Below, one piece after another: positions 59,223-64,000 of a stretch of 64,000 nucleotides of DNA. Every line of letters starts with the position of its first letter. Positions within the stretch are counted from its first letter, which is position 1. Under the pieces are notes generated by a model. That model saw only the letters and a list, made by a program, of their open reading frames with translations. It was not told the origin of the DNA and did not search any database. Source of the DNA: an uncultured candidatus Porisulfidus sp. GTDB lineage: Bacteria > Pseudomonadota > Gammaproteobacteria > Poriferisulfidales > Poriferisulfidaceae. The translations under genes and the position numbers were made by a program. Location of the stretch: NCBI GenBank assembly GCA_958431155.1, contig OY288106.1, forward strand, positions 1,197,888 to 1,261,887. The letters are read 5' to 3'.

Positions 59223-60449
59223 CTAGTGCGCTGCCACACCATGCACGCGTTCTGCGCGACGGCGCAACAAGGCCACGGTCGTCAGCAAAAGGATTGAAAT
59301 CAGGACAAAGATCGTCGCCACTGCCAGAATGGTTGGCGAGATCTGCTCCCGAATGCCGGAAAACATCTGCCGAGGGACTGTCCGTTGAGTCACATCGCCG
59401 AGTTGCAGGATTACCACCACCTCGTCGAACGATGTGATGAAAGCGAACAGTGCGCCAGAAACCACGCCGGGGAGAATGATCGGCGTCTGGATCTTGAAAA
59501 AAGTTTGTAGCGGCGAGGCGCCAAGGCTGGTCGCCGCTCGCGCCAGATTGTGGTCGAACCCTGCCAAGGATGCCGTCACCGTAATCACCACGAACGGGAC
59601 GCCGAGCACCGCATGCGCGAAGATCAACCCGGGATAAGTCTTGGCCAGACCAACTTGGCTAAACGCGAAAAACAGCCCGGATGCCGTGATCACGAGCGGC
59701 ACCACCATCGGCGAAATCAACAATGCCATAACCGTCCGCTTGAACGGCATTTCCGAGCGGCTTAGGCCCACTGCGGCCATCGTCCCGAGTGCGGTGGCCA
59801 GAAGGGTCGCAGGTATCCCAATGATGAAGCTGTTCTTGATGGAGCGTATCCACTGCGCGTTGGACCACATGTCGGCCCACCAACCGGTCTCGGCATCCGG
59901 TGCTACCATACCGTTACGTACGATGTCGGCGTACCAGCGCAGGCTGAAAGCGTCCGGCTCGAGATTGAGCATGCCGGCAGTAAAACTGAAGTACGGCTCC
60001 TGATTGAAAGACAGCGGCACCACCACGAAGATCGGCACCACCAGAAACAGGAAAATCAGCGCGCACACTCCCCGGAACATATAGAACAGGAACACTTCGC
60101 GTGGTCCGGCATATTCCGGCAGGCCCTCCCGGTAACGGCCGGTGGCGAGCCACGCGGATGTCGACGCCAAGACCCAGCCAAACGCCAGCATCAGCAGGGC
60201 AAAAGCTATGCCGTGCGTTGCAAGTCCCACCAGTGCGAGCGCGAGCATGCAGAAGGCACGCGCGACATTAGGCGACTCGGGATGGATCGCGGCCGGGAGC
60301 GACAGCAAGGCGAACAGCAAAGCACCTGTCAGCATATACGGAAGCATCAGTGAGGTATCGCCGTATGCCGTGAGCAGCCCGATCAAGGCTCCCGCCACGC
60401 TGCACCAGGCCGCAGCAAACCGGACCGGAGGACGTATCGCCTCGAGCAT
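59223..60449 (-). CDS. ABC transporter permease (PotC/PotI-like) with an extra N-terminal about 120-aa membrane segment
   Basis: The C-terminal about 285 aa (from MFRGVCALIFLFLVVPIF) is a typical PotC-type permease with EAA loop (ARAATSLGASPLQTFFKIQTPI). The full ORF sits 3 bp from the upstream permease stop, which favours the long form. Confidence 0.65.
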   Translation of the reverse strand: MLEAIRPPVRFAAAWCSVAGALIGLLTAYGDTSLMLPYMLTGALLFALLSLPAAIHPESPNVARAFCMLALALVGLATHGIAFALLMLAFGWVLASTSAWLATGRYREGLPEYAGPREVFLFYMFRGVCALIFLFLVVPIFVVVPLSFNQEPYFSFTAGMLNLEPDAFSLRWYADIVRNGMVAPDAETGWWADMWSNAQWIRSIKNSFIIGIPATLLATALGTMAAVGLSRSEMPFKRTVMALLISPMVVPLVITASGLFFAFSQVGLAKTYPGLIFAHAVLGVPFVVITVTASLAGFDHNLARAATSLGASPLQTFFKIQTPIILPGVVSGALFAFITSFDEVVVILQLGDVTQRTVPRQMFSGIREQISPTILAVATIFVLISILLLTTVALLRRRAERVHGVAAH

Positions 60450-60452
60450 GTC

Positions 60453-61709
60453 TCAGCCAAGCCTCATTCGATCGATACCAGACACGCGGTCATAAAGCCA
60501 GTACAGGAACATCACCAGGACCAGCAACACGAAACCCATCGCAGCGGCCAGCGGCCAGTTGAGCGATCTCCGCATGTGGAAATCAATCAGGTTGGAAATC
60601 ATCTGTCCGTCCTGCCCTCCCACCAATGCCGGAGTGATGTAGTAGCCGGTGGCGAGAATGAAAACCAACACCACGCCTGCGCCGACGCCCGCTAGGGTCT
60701 GCGGAAAATACACCCTCCAGAAAGCCACCCAACCGTTCGCGCCCAAGCTATGCGCCGCCTGGACATACGCCTTCGGGATGGTCCGCATGACTGCGTACAG
60801 CGGCAGAATCATGAACGGCAAGAGAATGTGCGTCATAGCGACCAAGGTCCCGGTCCGGTTGTAGACCATGCTGAACCGATTGTCGTCGCCGATGACGCCA
60901 AATGCGACAAATAGATCGTTCAGCACCCCGTTGCCCTGCAGGATCGCGATCCATGCCGTGGTGCGCACCAGGATCGAAGTCCAGAACGGCAGTAACACCA
61001 GTATTAGAAGGAGGTTCGAACGGCGCGCGGGCAGGTTAGACAATAGGTACGCCACCGGATAGCCGAGCAACAGGCAAAAGATCGTGACCAGTGCGGAAAT
61101 CTCGATCGTGCGCCAGAACAGGGTGAGATGGATGCGGCGTTTCTCTTCTTGACGGCGGATGGAACCGTCACCGCGGTACTTGAGATCCACCGAAGTCGCC
61201 AGATAAGCCGGCGTATAACGAGCCGCGGCGACGCGAAGCGCCTGCCAAGTTTCAAGTCGGCCCCATGCCGGCTTGAGGTCGATCATTGCCTGTTTGTAAG
61301 GAGCCTCGAGACGGGCCGCCTTGCGTGCTGTGGAAGTGAACAGCGACCGGCCCCCGGGCGACTCCCGGTTTACCCGGGTGGCCACTTTGCCGATGGTTTT
61401 GTCTTTCCTTGCCTGCACCAAGTCCTTCTGCAGAGCTTCGTACATCGCCTCGGTGGGCTCCGACACACCGTCCCACGCTTCCAACACTGGGGTACTGTGC
61501 GGCATGTAACGCGCGTACGTGTCGTCGTGAACTCCCTGCCACAGAAACAGCAGTACCGGGATAATGAAAGCCGCAAGCAGGAAGGCCAGCAGCGGCAAGG
61601 TCAGCCCCAAGGCCCTAATCCGGCGGACCATGAGCGCCCGCGCCAGTTTTGTCTTAAGCGGCGTACCGTCGGCGGCAAGTACCAGTTCAGAGGTCGTTGG
61701 TGAAGTCAC
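60453..61709 (-). CDS. ABC transporter permease (PotB/PotH-like) with a large periplasmic loop after TM1
   Basis: 418 aa. TM1, then an about 150-aa soluble insertion, then the conserved permease core (EISALVTIFCLLLGYPVAYLLSNLP...AAHSLGANGWVAFWRVYFPQ). Confidence 0.7.
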   Translation of the reverse strand: MTSPTTSELVLAADGTPLKTKLARALMVRRIRALGLTLPLLAFLLAAFIIPVLLFLWQGVHDDTYARYMPHSTPVLEAWDGVSEPTEAMYEALQKDLVQARKDKTIGKVATRVNRESPGGRSLFTSTARKAARLEAPYKQAMIDLKPAWGRLETWQALRVAAARYTPAYLATSVDLKYRGDGSIRRQEEKRRIHLTLFWRTIEISALVTIFCLLLGYPVAYLLSNLPARRSNLLLILVLLPFWTSILVRTTAWIAILQGNGVLNDLFVAFGVIGDDNRFSMVYNRTGTLVAMTHILLPFMILPLYAVMRTIPKAYVQAAHSLGANGWVAFWRVYFPQTLAGVGAGVVLVFILATGYYITPALVGGQDGQMISNLIDFHMRRSLNWPLAAAMGFVLLVLVMFLYWLYDRVSGIDRMRLG

Positions 61710-61746
61710 GGATCAGAGAATGAAGAGAGTCCGAGTGGCAAGCCGT

Positions 61747-62826
61747 TTATCCCTCGGCCAGCCAAGCATTGAATCGCTCGTTCAACTCATCCAGATAATC
61801 CGCCCAGAACTCCACGTCCTGCCAAATCACCGTCTTCAGGTTGTCTGGCCAAGTCGGCATATGCGGCCGCATGTCCAGTTCAGGATTGGAGTGGTGGAAT
61901 CCGATCATTCCAGCAGCAGTGTGCCGTACCGGCGCATAGGAGATCCACGACGACTGCACCGCCATATTTTCAGGCTTGGAGGCGAACGCGATGAAGTCGA
62001 GTGCCAGATCCAGGTTCTGGGCACCCTTCACGATCGCCCAATGCCCGATCTCCAGTACCTGTGCATCCCAAACGATGGCCAAGGAACGGCCTTCCAGCGC
62101 GGATGCATCGAAGATCCGCCCGTTGTAGGCCGTACTCATAACCACTTCGCCATCCGCCAGCAACTGCGGCGCATGAGAACTTGCCTCCCACCACACGACT
62201 TGCTCCTTAATGCTGTCCAGCCGAGCGAAGGCACGATCGACCCCCTCCGGAGTTGCCAACACCGCATAGACCTGATCCGGAAGGACCCCGTCAGCAACCA
62301 GCGCCATCTCCAGAGCGGCCTTGGGGCTCCTGCGCATGCCACGTCGACCGGGAAACTTTTCCAGATCGAAAAAATCATGGATGGTGGTTGGCCCTGGCGA
62401 CAACCGCTCCCGATCGTAGGCGAACACCATCGACGCCACTACCTGCCCGATCATGCAGGGGCTGATGGCACCCTCAAGAAAATCCTGCTCGGCGGGAGTC
62501 CCATCCGGCGCTGGGGGAAGGATGGAGGGATCAATCTCCTCCAGAAACCCCTCATCGCACCCTAAAAGTCCCTCGGCAGCCTCGATATCCACTACATCCC
62601 AAGTGACGTTTCCGGCCAGAACCTGTGATTTGATTTCAGACAAGCCTCCGCTGTAGTCTTCGGACAGGATCCGGTGGCCGGTGCGGGCCATCCATGGCTT
62701 GTGGTAAGCCTCCACCTGGCTCTTGGTATAGGGGCCGCCCCAAGAGACTACGGTTAGATCACCCGCCAATGCATCCGTCGCTGCAAACCAAGTTCCCGCG
62801 GCAAGAAAAAAAGCAAACGATCTCAT
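61747..62826 (-). CDS. ABC transporter periplasmic substrate-binding protein (PotD/PotF-like, SBP family 1), paralog 1
   Basis: Signal peptide MRSFAFFLAAGTWFAATDALA; LTVVSWGGPYTKSQVEAYHKPW...; about 360 aa. The start is taken at the internal Met because the listed ORF begins at 62874. Confidence 0.7.
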   Translation of the reverse strand: MRSFAFFLAAGTWFAATDALAGDLTVVSWGGPYTKSQVEAYHKPWMARTGHRILSEDYSGGLSEIKSQVLAGNVTWDVVDIEAAEGLLGCDEGFLEEIDPSILPPAPDGTPAEQDFLEGAISPCMIGQVVASMVFAYDRERLSPGPTTIHDFFDLEKFPGRRGMRRSPKAALEMALVADGVLPDQVYAVLATPEGVDRAFARLDSIKEQVVWWEASSHAPQLLADGEVVMSTAYNGRIFDASALEGRSLAIVWDAQVLEIGHWAIVKGAQNLDLALDFIAFASKPENMAVQSSWISYAPVRHTAAGMIGFHHSNPELDMRPHMPTWPDNLKTVIWQDVEFWADYLDELNERFNAWLAEG

Positions 62827-62890
62827 TCGCCCCTCCCAGAATCTGAGGCAAGGCTTGGCGTCGGCGGCCACCATGCCCGCACCACTTTAT

Positions 62891-63967
62891 TCACTCGATC
62901 AGCCAAGCATTGAAGCGTTCGTTCAACTCGTCGATGTGGTCCGCCCAAAATTCCTCGTCGTGCCAAATCGCTGTCTTCATGTTGTCTGGCCAAGTGGGAA
63001 GGTGCGGCCCCATCTTCAGGTCAGGATCAGCGTGGTAACTCCCCACCAGTTCGGAGGCGGACTTGCGCACCGGCGCATAGGAGATCCACGAAGCCTGGAC
63101 CGCCATATTCTCGGGCATGGAAGCAAATCTTATAAAGTCCAGTGCCAGTTCTATATTCGGAGCACCCTTTACGACCGCCCAGTTGTCGACCGCAAGCACC
63201 TGTGCATCCCAGACCATGGCAAGAGGCTGCCCCTCCGCCGCAAACGCATTGAAAATTCGGCCGTTATAGGCCGTACTCATGATGACCTCGCCATCGACCA
63301 GCAGTTGTGGCGGCTGGGCGCCAACCTCCCACCACAGGACATGCTCCCTAATGCTGTCCAGCTTGACGAAGGCGCGATCGATCCCTTCCTCGGTCGCCAT
63401 GACCTCGTAGACCTGATCCGGCGGGACACCGTCCGCGACCAGCGCAATCTCCAGGTTGACCTTGGGCGTTTTGCGCATGCCGCGCCGGCCGGGAAATTTT
63501 TCCAGATCGAAAAAATCCCGGATGGTGGCCGGAGGCGGTGACAACCGGGTCTGATTGTAAGCATACGCTGTCGACCACACTACTGTACCGATCGCGCAAT
63601 CGCCGATGGCGTCTTTGAGAAAATCCTCTTCAGCCGACGTCCCGTCGGGGGCCGGTGGCAGGATCGCGGGGTCGAATTCCTCCAGCAGCCCTTCGTCGCA
63701 ACCCAGAATCGCTTCGGCATCCTCAACGTCAACAATATCCCAAGTCACGTTTCCGGCCTGGACCTGCGCCTTGACCTCAGCCAGCCCGCCGCTGTAGTCC
63801 TCGGACAGGATCCGGTGACCGGTGCTGGCCATCCACGGCTTGTAGTAGGCTTCGGTCTGACTTTTGGTGTAGGCGCCGCCCCAGGAGACGATGGTCAGGT
63901 CGCCGGCCGACGCGGTCGTTGCCGCAAGACAGAAACCTGCGGCATAAAGAAATGCGGAAGATTTCAT
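62891..63967 (-). CDS. ABC transporter periplasmic substrate-binding protein, paralog 2 (about 70% identical to paralog 1)
   Basis: Signal peptide MKSSAFLYAAGFCLAATTASA; LTIVSWGGAYTKSQTEAYYKPW...; 358 aa; tandem to paralog 1. Confidence 0.7.
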   Translation of the reverse strand: MKSSAFLYAAGFCLAATTASAGDLTIVSWGGAYTKSQTEAYYKPWMASTGHRILSEDYSGGLAEVKAQVQAGNVTWDIVDVEDAEAILGCDEGLLEEFDPAILPPAPDGTSAEEDFLKDAIGDCAIGTVVWSTAYAYNQTRLSPPPATIRDFFDLEKFPGRRGMRKTPKVNLEIALVADGVPPDQVYEVMATEEGIDRAFVKLDSIREHVLWWEVGAQPPQLLVDGEVIMSTAYNGRIFNAFAAEGQPLAMVWDAQVLAVDNWAVVKGAPNIELALDFIRFASMPENMAVQASWISYAPVRKSASELVGSYHADPDLKMGPHLPTWPDNMKTAIWHDEEFWADHIDELNERFNAWLIE

Positions 63968-64000
63968 AGGTCCCTCATTCCAAAAGTCCCGTCATGGTAA

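Overview
This 64 kb window reads as high-GC (~60-65%) gammaproteobacterial-type chromosome. It is densely packed with housekeeping genes on both strands: dnaX-recR, aroC, glnE-ilvE-hldE-waaF, glyQS, aroKB, mrcA, hemE, rpsU/tsaD, rpiA, cca, uppP, folKB and two tRNA-Leu genes. A complete H4MPT-linked formyltransferase/hydrolase cluster is present (fwdD-like, fhcB, fhcA, fhcD, fhcC), together with a ferredoxin/ferredoxin-reductase pair and a tungstate ABC transporter (tupBCA). These point to a methylotroph or methanotroph-like C1 metabolism. Accessory content is limited: a vapBC toxin-antitoxin module behind an AT-rich spacer, a DUF971/MoaD-like fusion gene, a chromate transporter, and an ABC importer with tandemly duplicated binding proteins. 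The most striking region is a low-GC, three-gene operon at about 53.5-59.2 kb. It encodes an AAA+ ATPase with a DUF234 tail, a 1321-aa STAND-like P-loop NTPase carrying about 15 tandem 43-residue alpha-helical repeats (one recent 258-bp internal duplication), and a translationally coupled HigA/XRE-type HTH protein. Its promoter region holds two copies of a perfect 14-bp palindrome, CAACGAATTCGTTG. I could not place this operon in any defence or toxin-antitoxin family from memory; it is the best candidate here for an undescribed NTPase-based defence or signalling system. All assignments rest on reading the translated ORFs and recalling family motifs; no database searches were run.
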